64,000 nt of DNA. Source: Bacteroidia bacterium. Lineage in GTDB: Bacteria; Bacteroidota; Bacteroidia; NS11-12g; UBA955. The translations under genes were made by a program, and so were the position numbers. The DNA lies in the NCBI GenBank assembly GCA_044377005.1, contig JBILJV010000002.1, positions 13,176 to 77,175 of the forward strand, given 5' to 3'. The notes under the pieces were generated by a model, which was given only the letters and a program-made list of their open reading frames with translations, did not search any database and was not told where the DNA came from. Positions 1 through 7,450 of the stretch are shown in pieces (positions within the stretch are counted from its first letter, which is position 1; each line of letters starts with the position of its first letter).

Positions 1-842
1 GTGAGTGCACCGTAACGGGTGGCACTGCCTATTTTTACCTCAGCAACATCGCGAACCAAAAGGGGAGTACCATTGCTTGTCACTTTAACAACAATGTTTT
101 CAATGTCATTGATAGTGCCAATTAATCCTTCTGATCTAATATATAAAACCGTTGAGGCTTTTTCAATGTATGAGCCTCCTGTGTTTTCATTGTTCTTTTC
201 GATTGCAACAAATATGTCATTGATTGTAACACCCATTGCATTAATTTTTTGAGGATTAATTGTTATTTCGTATTGTTTTAATAATCCACCGAAACTGCTT
301 ACCTCTGCCACCCCTTTTACACCTAGTAATTGTCTTCTAACTATCCAATCTTGAATGGTTCGAAGTTCAGTTGCATCAAATTTAGATTCATATCCTTTCT
401 TAGGTTTAAGTATGTATTGGTAAATTTCTCCCAAACCAGTGGTTACAGGAGCTAATTCAGGTAAACCTAATCCTTCTGGAATTTGTTGTTCTGCTATCTT
501 CAAGCGTTCACTGATTTGTTGTCTAGCCCAATAAAGGTCAACATCATCCTCAAAAACAACAGTAATTAAGGAAAGTCCAAATCGTGAAAAGCTTCTCATT
601 TCCTTAATGCCTGGAATATTGCTAGTTGCTTGTTCTATGGGAAAGGTAATAAGTCGTTCCACATCAGGTGCGCCAAGTGAAGGGACAATAGTGATAACTT
701 GAACCTGATTGTCTGTAATGTCAGGCACAGCATCTATGGGTAGTTTGGTGAATTGGAAACTACCATATCCAATAAGGGCGATTACAAATAGCCCTATTAT
801 GAGTTTATTTTTGGTTGAAAACTCAATGATTTTGTTCAGCAT
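1..842 (-). CDS. CzcA/CusA-family RND heavy-metal efflux pump, N-terminal ~280 aa (partial, runs off the window start)
   Basis: Absent from the ORF track because there is no stop in the window. Minus-strand translation from ATG 842..840 reads MLNKIIEFSTKNKLIIGLFVI. At the window edge it reads LVRDVAEVKIGSATRYGAL. Both are typical of CzcA-type pumps. I checked the frame by hand only at the two ends. Confidence 0.8.
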   Translation of the reverse strand, partial: MLNKIIEFSTKNKLIIGLFVIALIGYGSFQFTKLPIDAVPDITDNQVQVITIVPSLGAPDVERLITFPIEQATSNIPGIKEMRSFSRFGLSLITVVFEDDVDLYWARQQISERLKIAEQQIPEGLGLPELAPVTTGLGEIYQYILKPKKGYESKFDATELRTIQDWIVRRQLLGVKGVAEVSSFGGLLKQYEITINPQKINAMGVTINDIFVAIEKNNENTGGSYIEKASTVLYIRSEGLIGTINDIENIVVKVTSNGTPLLVRDVAEVKIGSATRYGAL

Positions 843-933
843 TTTTTTTGCGGTTAATAAAATAAATAAAACACGGTCAGTAGGAACTAACAGTGGGATT
901 TTTGTCTAAATAAAGACAGTTTTCAGAAAAGTA

Positions 934-1317
934 TTAACCGAATTTTGGCGGTTGCCAAATATTACTCAAAAAAGCAGAAGAGTATATAACCCCTTGATAA
1001 ATAGGGGTTACTTTAAGTAAAAAAGAGTGAGGTCTGTTAATGGTAAAAAAATGAGAATTTACATTAGGTAAAACAGAATGCACTGTAGTACAATCGGTAG
1101 TTTTGAAAGGGAGGTTGTGATGTTCTTGGTCCGAATGGTCTGGTTGTGAAGAGTAATGTTCAGAAATAAAATTGAAAAAAGATTCATCTTGATTGATTTT
1201 CAAATGGTCGAGATAGTGATTCATCAAAACTGGTAATTTCAGCAATTGATGTAGTTCAGTATTAGAACTTACAAAAACCAAAACAAACAATATGACAATA
1301 GTTTTTTTCAACGGCAC
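934..1317 (-). CDS. Small His-rich protein with an N-terminal hydrophobic segment, immediately upstream of the RND pump (hypothetical)
   Basis: 127-aa ORF with the signal-like segment KKTIVILFVLVFVSS and the His/acid-rich stretch SQPDHSDQEHHNLPFK. It lies 91 nt upstream of the czcA-like gene on the same strand. The start is ambiguous: GTG at 1317 or TTG at 1311. Confidence 0.6.
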   Translation of the reverse strand: MPLKKTIVILFVLVFVSSNTELHQLLKLPVLMNHYLDHLKINQDESFFNFISEHYSSQPDHSDQEHHNLPFKTTDCTTVHSVLPNVNSHFFTINRPHSFLLKVTPIYQGVIYSSAFLSNIWQPPKFG

Positions 1318-1324
1318 AAAGATA
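1317..1324 (-). promoter_or_regulatory. Candidate -7 promoter box (TATCTTTG on the minus strand)
   Basis: Matches the Bacteroidota TAnnTTTG consensus. It overlaps the GTG at 1317 and lies 5 nt before the TTG at 1311, which favours the downstream start. Confidence 0.35.
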
Positions 1325-1378
1325 AACAGATAAAAGCATAGAATACATTGCTTTTTTTATTTTAGAATCAATATAATT

Positions 1379-1394
1379 AGTGATAGATATCACT
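1379..1394. promoter_or_regulatory. 16-bp palindrome AGTGATA-GA-TATCACT, candidate operator upstream of the small-protein/RND operon
   Basis: Perfect 7-bp inverted arms with a 2-nt centre, located in the intergenic region about 55-70 bp upstream of the candidate -7 box. Confidence 0.35.
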
Positions 1395-1473
1395 TTTAGT
1401 AGTGTAATGTATGGATTTATTCCGCACACATCTTGCGATATATAGTAGGAATTTAAATGATTAGGGAAAGAAG

Positions 1474-1785
1474 TTATATGGATTTTGAATTTTTTCTTCT
1501 ATCAAGAAGAAAAAACGAAAGTTGAAAAACAATGAAAATTGAGAGTATGAATAAAGGTTGTTTTAAACTGTAACTCCTCGAATCGCTGTCTAATTCAATA
1601 AAAATAAAAAATAAAGTTACTAAAATGACGGGAAAAAGAGTGAAAAGTGCACCAAATTTGTATTTGTTTTTATATAAATAAATCAAAAAAAGCGTAAAAT
1701 TCAAGAGGAATAATAATATAATAACGAGAAAAATTCCAAAGGCGTAAGCCAATCCTGGTCCCCAAATGTCAAGAATAATCATCAT
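1474..1785 (-). CDS. Small integral membrane protein (hypothetical)
   Basis: 103-aa ORF made up almost entirely of about three hydrophobic helices (for example FGIFLVIILLFLLNFTLFLIYLY). I recognise no family. Confidence 0.5.
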   Translation of the reverse strand: MMIILDIWGPGLAYAFGIFLVIILLFLLNFTLFLIYLYKNKYKFGALFTLFPVILVTLFFIFIELDSDSRSYSLKQPLFILSIFIVFQLSFFLLDRRKNSKSI

Positions 1786-1870
1786 TTTATCTAAAGTTTG
1801 AAATTAGTATTTTAAGTTGAAAAGAGAAGAAAAATTATTGATTTTCAGGCACAAACAAATACTGTATAAC

Positions 1871-1902
1871 AAAAAAAACCACACTTGAGGTGTGGTTTTT
1901 TT
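1871..1902. terminator. Bidirectional intrinsic terminator
   Basis: Hairpin AACCACAC-TTGAG-GTGTGGTT flanked by an A-run on one side and a T-run on the other. It lies directly downstream of tRNA-Glu on the minus strand. Confidence 0.7.
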
Positions 1903-1906
1903 CCTT

Positions 1907-1981
1907 TGGTAGCCCGTAGGGGAGTCGAACCCCTCTTTAGCGGATGAAAACCGCTTGTCCTAACCGATAGACGAACGGGCC
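1907..1981 (-). tRNA. tRNA-Glu (anticodon UUC), CCA encoded
   Basis: The reverse complement GGCCCGTTCGTCTATCGGTTAGGACAAGCGGTTTTCATCCGCTAAAGAGGGGTTCGACTCCCCTACGGGCTACCA folds as a cloverleaf. The anticodon loop is TTTTCAT and the T-loop is GGTTCGACTCC. Confidence 0.92.
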
Positions 1982-2060
1982 ATTTATTTTTCGTTTTTCG
2001 GTTTGCAAATGTAATACAAAAAATTAATTCACAAAATAAAGTTTTAAAAAAAAATAAAAT

Positions 2061-2068
2061 TACCTTTG
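2061..2068 (+). promoter_or_regulatory. -7 promoter box TACCTTTG (gap)
   Basis: Matches TAnnTTTG, 25 nt upstream of the ATG at 2094. Confidence 0.5.
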
Positions 2069-2093
2069 TAGCCCCAAATTTTAATAATTAAAA

Positions 2094-3080
2094 ATGATAA
2101 GAGTAGCTATTAACGGTTTTGGCCGTATTGGAAGACTGGCCTTCAGAGTGATGAGCCAAAGAAATGACATCGAAGTGGTTGCTATCAATGATTTGACAGA
2201 CAACAAAACTTTAGCGCATTTGTTGAAATATGATTCTGTACACGGAAAATTCAACGGAACTGTTGATTTTACTGAAACAAGTCTGATTGTAAATGGTAAA
2301 TCTATTGCTGGATTGGCTGAAAAAAATCCGGCAAATCTACCATGGAAAGACATGAATGTGGATGTTGTTCTTGAATCTACAGGTCGCTTTACTGATAAAG
2401 AAAGCGCTGGACAACATTTAACTGCTGGCGCAAGAAAAGTAGTCATCAGTGCACCTGCAACAGGTGAGATGAAAACAATTGTGTTAGGAGTGAATGACAA
2501 TACCCTTGACGGTAGCGAAACTATTCTTTCTAACGCATCTTGTACTACCAACTGTTTGGCTCCTATGGTAAAGATTTTAGATGATTTATGTGGTATCGAA
2601 AATGGTTTCATGACCACTATTCATGCATACACTGCTGACCAAAACTTACAAGATGCACCTCACAAAGATTTAAGAAGAGCACGTTCTGCGGCATACAGTA
2701 TCATCCCTACAAGCACCGGTGCTGCTAAAGCAGTTGGTTTGGTTATGCCTCACTTACAAGGTAAATTGAACGGTAACGCAATGCGCGTGCCTATTCCTGA
2801 TGGCTCTGTAACTGACTTTACATGTAATGTTCGTACTGCAAAAACAAAGGATGAAATTAATGCGGCATTTAAAGCTGCAGCTGAATCTAATCTAAAAGGA
2901 GTTTTGGAATATACCACTGACCCTATTGTTTCTATCGATATTGTTGGAAATCCTCACTCTTGTATTTTTGATAGCGACCTAACGATGGTCATCGGTAATA
3001 CCGTTAAAGTTGTAGGTTGGTATGACAATGAAGCTGGATATAGTAACCGTATTGTTGATTTAATAGCTAGAATAGCATAA
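2094..3080 (+). CDS. gap: Glyceraldehyde-3-phosphate dehydrogenase (type I)
   Basis: N-terminal INGFGRIGR, active site [12 protein letters not shown], and [11 protein letters not shown] near the C-terminus. Confidence 0.97.
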   Translation: MIRVAINGFGRIGRLAFRVMSQRNDIEVVAINDLTDNKTLAHLLKYDSVHGKFNGTVDFTETSLIVNGKSIAGLAEKNPANLPWKDMNVDVVLESTGRFTDKESAGQHLTAGARKVVISAPATGEMKTIVLGVNDNTLDGSETILSNASCTTNCLAPMVKILDDLCGIENGFMTTIHAYTADQNLQDAPHKDLRRARSAAYSIIPTSTGAAKAVGLVMPHLQGKLNGNAMRVPIPDGSVTDFTCNVRTAKTKDEINAAFKAAAESNLKGVLEYTTDPIVSIDIVGNPHSCIFDSDLTMVIGNTVKVVGWYDNEAGYSNRIVDLIARIA

Positions 3081-3101
3081 TCAATTTCTCTATATAATTG
3101 T

Positions 3102-3130
3102 AAAAGCCCCGATATTTATCGGGGCTTTTT
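3102..3130. terminator. Bidirectional intrinsic terminator between gap and htrA
   Basis: Hairpin GCCCCGAT-ATTT-ATCGGGGC flanked by AAAA and TTTTT. Confidence 0.8.
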
Positions 3131-3199
3131 ATTTGGACTTTTTTATAAAGAGTCGTTTATTCAAGAACTCTTTAATTTTAAATTATTAATTGTTAATCA

Positions 3200-4684
3200 T
3201 TAATCAATCTTTAATCCAATCACATTGTCTGAACCATCGGCATTTTTACCTTCTATCAATAATGCCCCTTCCGCTTTTTCTAAGAGTGCTTTGGCTTGTT
3301 GTGGGCTGCTAATGCTTTGTTTGTCGATTTTGGTAATAACAAATCCATTAGGTAACTTCCCTTTGAATGGACCTGCACCAATTTTATCTACTTTTACGCC
3401 ATTGCTAATTCCCAATTGTGCTTTTTCTTCTTTACTTAAAGCCGTTATAGTTAATCCTTTTACGGTGTTAGCTTCATTTTTGTCTGCCATGGAAATGGTT
3501 TCTTTGCCATCTAAGCCTTTCAGTATTGCAGTGATTTCTTTGATGTCACCTTTGCGATTAATTGTAATGATTAATTTATCGCCAGGTCTAAATTTACCAA
3601 CTGCCTCTTGTAAATTTGAAACAGAATTAATTTCTATCTCATTGACTTTTAAAATAACATCTCCTTTTTTAATACCGGCTTTAAGTGCAGCACCACCCTC
3701 TGTCACATCTTGAACCATGACCCCTTTTAGCTCCGATAAACCTTCTTTATTAGCTAATTCTTGAGTTATTTCTTGAATAGATACGCCCAAAACGCCACGT
3801 TGTACTTTGCCAAATTTTAATAAATCATCCATTACCTTTTTAACCAAATTGACTGGAACGGCGAATCCATAGCCTGTGTAACTGCCTGTTTGTGAAGCAA
3901 TAGCGGTATTAATCCCTATCAATTCTCCTTTGGTATTCACTAATGCGCCTCCACTGTTCCCAGGATTGATGGCTGCATCGGTTTGAATGAAATTCTCAAT
4001 AGCATACTGATTGTCTTGACTTCTTAATAAATCAATACTTCGGCCTTTCGCACTAATGATTCCTGCAGTAACTGTACTTGTTAAGTTCATAGGATTACCA
4101 ACAGCCACAACCCATTGTCCTACTTTGGTTTCATCACTATTGCCAAATGACATGAAAAATAAATTTTTAGCTTCAATTTTCAATAAAGCTAAATCAGTTG
4201 TTTTATCGGTTCCAATTAATTCTGCAATATAAGTGCGTTTGTCATTCATAGTGACTTCAATTTTACTAGCATTGTCGATTACGTGATTGTTTGTAACAAT
4301 ATAACCGTCTTGTGAAATTATAACGCCACTTCCTGTTGCCATTCCGGGACCGCGTGGCATGTCAAAGTCAAATCCATGGTCACGGAAAAATTCAAATGGG
4401 TCAATTCCTTTTTGAGTGCCCGATGAACGATTGCTTTCACCTGAATAGTGCGATTTAATGTGAACAACAGTAGGGGTACTGACTTCGGAAACTTTCACAA
4501 AGTCAAACCCATATTGTCCATTGTCTTTGTTTTCAAATAAACTAGCAAAACGGGCATTTCTTTGTTGCATTTCGTCAAAATTACTGCCTTGAGATTGTGT
4601 AAAAAATAATTGATTGATTCCTAAGGCGACGATTCCACCTAATACGGCAATGGCAAAAATTCCTAATACTTTTTTCATTTTCAT
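3200..4684 (-). CDS. htrA: HtrA/DegP/DegQ-family periplasmic serine endoprotease with two PDZ domains
   Basis: Signal peptide, trypsin-like core (TNNHV, DLALLKI, GNSGGALV), and two C-terminal PDZ-like regions. Confidence 0.93.
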   Translation of the reverse strand: MKMKKVLGIFAIAVLGGIVALGINQLFFTQSQGSNFDEMQQRNARFASLFENKDNGQYGFDFVKVSEVSTPTVVHIKSHYSGESNRSSGTQKGIDPFEFFRDHGFDFDMPRGPGMATGSGVIISQDGYIVTNNHVIDNASKIEVTMNDKRTYIAELIGTDKTTDLALLKIEAKNLFFMSFGNSDETKVGQWVVAVGNPMNLTSTVTAGIISAKGRSIDLLRSQDNQYAIENFIQTDAAINPGNSGGALVNTKGELIGINTAIASQTGSYTGYGFAVPVNLVKKVMDDLLKFGKVQRGVLGVSIQEITQELANKEGLSELKGVMVQDVTEGGAALKAGIKKGDVILKVNEIEINSVSNLQEAVGKFRPGDKLIITINRKGDIKEITAILKGLDGKETISMADKNEANTVKGLTITALSKEEKAQLGISNGVKVDKIGAGPFKGKLPNGFVITKIDKQSISSPQQAKALLEKAEGALLIEGKNADGSDNVIGLKID

Positions 4685-4725
4685 TTCTTGTTTTTTAATA
4701 AAATTTAATATTTCAAATTGTGTTC

Positions 4726-4733
4726 CAAATTTA
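4726..4733 (-). promoter_or_regulatory. -7 promoter box TAAATTTG (htrA)
   Basis: Matches TAnnTTTG on the minus strand, 41 nt upstream of the ATG at 4684. Confidence 0.4.
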
Positions 4734-4817
4734 TTTAACTTTGTAACGCAAAATTGTCCATAAAAGTTTTACCCTCATTTACCTTTATCGACTAAATTGT
4801 ATTAATCATCCACAAAG

Positions 4818-5390
4818 GTGCTAGGTAGAAAAAAACGAAACGATTTAGAACTCATTGAAGCCATAAAAAGCGGAGATAGAAATGCCTTGATTCAATTGTA
4901 TAAGGATAATTTTATGTCAATAAGAACATACGTGATTAATAACAATGGTAACAATGATGATGCAGAAGATATTTTGCAAGATGCCACTATTGTAGTATGG
5001 GAAAAGGTTAAAAATTCTGAATTTGTTCTACAATCTAAATTGAGTACTTATGTGTTTGCAATTTGTAAAAATTTATGGTTGAAACGCCTCAATAAAAACA
5101 GTAAAATGTCAGTTTTAGATGACAGTTTTTCTGAAAATTTGACAGAAGACTCTAAGCCTTTTATGAATCAAAATCATCAAATAGTAATGAAGATGATGGA
5201 TACATTAGGAGAAAAATGTAGAGATATTTTGCAAATGTTTTATTTTGACGCCTTGGATATGTCCACTATAGCTAAACAATTGAATTACAATAATGCTGAT
5301 ACCGTTAAAGCTAAAAAACATCAATGTTTTAAACAACTTCAGTCTGAGTTTTTGTTGCAATATAAAAAAAGTGATTTTTTAGGAAATTGA
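4818..5390 (+). CDS. ECF-type RNA polymerase sigma-70 family factor
   Basis: Region 2-like AEDILQDATIVVWEK and region 4 HTH MSTIAKQLNYNNADTVKAKKHQCFKQL. GTG start. Divergent from htrA. Confidence 0.85.
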   Translation: MLGRKKRNDLELIEAIKSGDRNALIQLYKDNFMSIRTYVINNNGNNDDAEDILQDATIVVWEKVKNSEFVLQSKLSTYVFAICKNLWLKRLNKNSKMSVLDDSFSENLTEDSKPFMNQNHQIVMKMMDTLGEKCRDILQMFYFDALDMSTIAKQLNYNNADTVKAKKHQCFKQLQSEFLLQYKKSDFLGN

Positions 5391-6439
5391 AAACAAACGA
5401 AATACATATTGAATTATTTGATCAATATCTTTTGAATCAACTTTCTGAAGCTGAGAGAAAGGCTTTTGAAGAAAGATTGTTAAATGATACAGAATTTAAA
5501 GATTTATTTGAAATACATCAAATATTGGTTCAAGGTATTCAATTCCACGGTAAGGCAGAATTAAAGGATTTTTTAAAAGAAAATGCCACTGTTACTTTTT
5601 GGGGAGGAAATATTTGGCCACAAAAGATGCGTATCGCTTCTGTTGCTGTTTTTTTAGTTTTTGCGGGAATGTATGCTTTAGTTCAATTTTATTTAAAACC
5701 TCAAAGTCAAACGAATAATACCGCTATAGTTTCCGAAAAATCTTCTGAATCTGTTCAAAGTAATCCAACGTCAATTGATTCAATAAAAGTTCCAATTGAT
5801 ACTGAATTGACGGATTTGCTTAGCAAAGAAGAAGAGAAGAATTATGAAACTCCTCTGATAGAAGAAGATTTTCAATATCCTGTTCAATCTTTGGATGATA
5901 ATGTAATAGAAAATGAAATGGAATCAGAAGAATCTGCAAAAGAATCAATGGATTATCAAGTATTAAAGGAACGTAAATTGTCTGACACAATATTGTTAGC
6001 AGTCAATATGCCTGTAAATTACACCTATAGAACAGAGGCATTGAAAAAAGTATCTGGAAAATTAAAATCACCAACCTTACCAAGTAATACACAAAATTCA
6101 CCGTTAATCAATAACTCGGGCGTTTTATATGCAGATACCACAACAGCAGCAAAAGCAGAATCCAATGAAAGTAAAGGATTATCTAAAAAAATAGCTGGAC
6201 CTGCAAAATACAATGTAGAGTTTTGGACATCGCCAATCAATTTTAAAGGATATAAGTTAAATAAACAAACCTTGCAATTGTATGGCTTGGGAAATGCTTC
6301 CGTTCAATTAAAAGTGTTCAATAATCAATTGTATTTAATATACAAACAAACCGTTTATGTAATGTATCCATGTATTGATGGTTGTGCTTACAAACCATTA
6401 AATGATGAAGAGTTGGAGTCATTGTTATTAGATAATTAA
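5387..6439 (+). CDS. Putative membrane-spanning anti-sigma factor (hypothetical)
   Basis: The TTG start overlaps the sigma stop (TTGA). The N-terminus LFDQYLLNQLSEAERKAFEERLLNDTEFKDLFE is like Bacteroidota anti-sigma N-termini. One TM segment (ASVAVFLVFAGMYALVQFYL) and a Ser/Thr/acid-rich linker. The function follows from position only. Confidence 0.6.
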   Translation: MKTNEIHIELFDQYLLNQLSEAERKAFEERLLNDTEFKDLFEIHQILVQGIQFHGKAELKDFLKENATVTFWGGNIWPQKMRIASVAVFLVFAGMYALVQFYLKPQSQTNNTAIVSEKSSESVQSNPTSIDSIKVPIDTELTDLLSKEEEKNYETPLIEEDFQYPVQSLDDNVIENEMESEESAKESMDYQVLKERKLSDTILLAVNMPVNYTYRTEALKKVSGKLKSPTLPSNTQNSPLINNSGVLYADTTTAAKAESNESKGLSKKIAGPAKYNVEFWTSPINFKGYKLNKQTLQLYGLGNASVQLKVFNNQLYLIYKQTVYVMYPCIDGCAYKPLNDEELESLLLDN

Positions 6440-6457
6440 AAAATTAAAAAGAAAATC

Positions 6458-7315
6458 ATGCATTTTGTAAAATACCAAGGCACTGGAAACGATTTTATTT
6501 TAATAGACAATCGAGAATTAGTATACTTTGAAGAACGAAATTACGATGAATTTGATGTCATAATACGAAAATACGATAATATTGATGTTAAAACATTGTG
6601 CCACCCTAAGTTTGGAATTGGAGCTGATGGTTTAATGTTACTTCAGGATGTAGAGGGATATGATTTTGAAATGGTGTATTATAACAGCGATGGAAATATC
6701 AGTACCATGTGTGGCAATGGAGGAAGATGTATAGTGGCTTTTGCAGGAGAGTTAGGTATATTAAAGTCAGAGAAAGTGAATTTTTTAGCCATAGATGGTC
6801 CACATGAAGCCTTGTATTTGCCCAATTTTTCTAAAGAAAAGGCCACTATTTCGGTTGAATTGCAGTTGAAAAATGTAAATAAAATTTTAAAAGTTGGTAA
6901 TGATTTTGTTTTAGATACAGGTTCTCCGCATTACGTTCAGTTTGTTGAAAATATAGATGAAATAGACATTATTAAAAAAGCACATTTAATTAGATACGGA
7001 GAGAGGTATAGAGCCGAAGGCATTAATGTAAATTTTGTTGAAATCATTGATGCAGAAACCATCAAAGTAAGAACCTATGAAAGAGGCGTTGAAAATGAAA
7101 CATTAAGTTGCGGAACAGGAGTTACGGCTTCGTCAATTTCATTTTTGTCAAAACTAAAAAATTTGACAACGGGTATTTATACAGTTAATGTAAACACGCC
7201 AGGAGGGGCATTACAAGTGCGTTTTTTTTATTCTAATTTAGACAATGAATTTCAAAATGTAACCCTTATAGGCCCAGCAGTAAAAGTTTTCGAAGGGGAG
7301 ATTGGGGTTATTTAA
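6458..7315 (+). CDS. dapF: Diaminopimelate epimerase
   Basis: YQGTGNDFILID, GIGADGLMLL, and both catalytic Cys motifs (MCGNGGRC and LSCGTGVTA). Confidence 0.92.
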   Translation: MHFVKYQGTGNDFILIDNRELVYFEERNYDEFDVIIRKYDNIDVKTLCHPKFGIGADGLMLLQDVEGYDFEMVYYNSDGNISTMCGNGGRCIVAFAGELGILKSEKVNFLAIDGPHEALYLPNFSKEKATISVELQLKNVNKILKVGNDFVLDTGSPHYVQFVENIDEIDIIKKAHLIRYGERYRAEGINVNFVEIIDAETIKVRTYERGVENETLSCGTGVTASSISFLSKLKNLTTGIYTVNVNTPGGALQVRFFYSNLDNEFQNVTLIGPAVKVFEGEIGVI

Positions 7316-7402
7316 GAGTTTATAGTTTCACGGTGTGCATTATTAGGTTATTGTATGGATTCCTTCATGGGTCTGCTAATAATATTGTATAAATATTAAA
7401 AT

Positions 7403-7433
7403 AAAAAAAGCCCCAATGTTGTCGGGGCTTTTT
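7403..7433. terminator. Bidirectional intrinsic terminator between dapF and gcvP
   Basis: AAAGCCCC-(9 nt)-GGGGCTTT with a flanking A-run and T-run. Confidence 0.75.
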
Positions 7434-7450
7434 AATGAATATTTCTTTAC

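Noticed and set aside
2081-2617. Long antisense ORFs inside well-supported genes: 2081..2617 in gap, 3225..3713 in htrA, 11188..11706 in the E2 gene, 58562..58918 in tuf, and 60057..60287 in rplK. ORFs 19..252 and 709..909 lie opposite the czcA-like gene.
   Set aside because: Each lies entirely within, and opposite to, a gene with unmistakable family motifs. Their translations are low-complexity (Ser/Leu/Ile/Phe/Pro-rich) with no recognisable domain. They are typical shadow ORFs.
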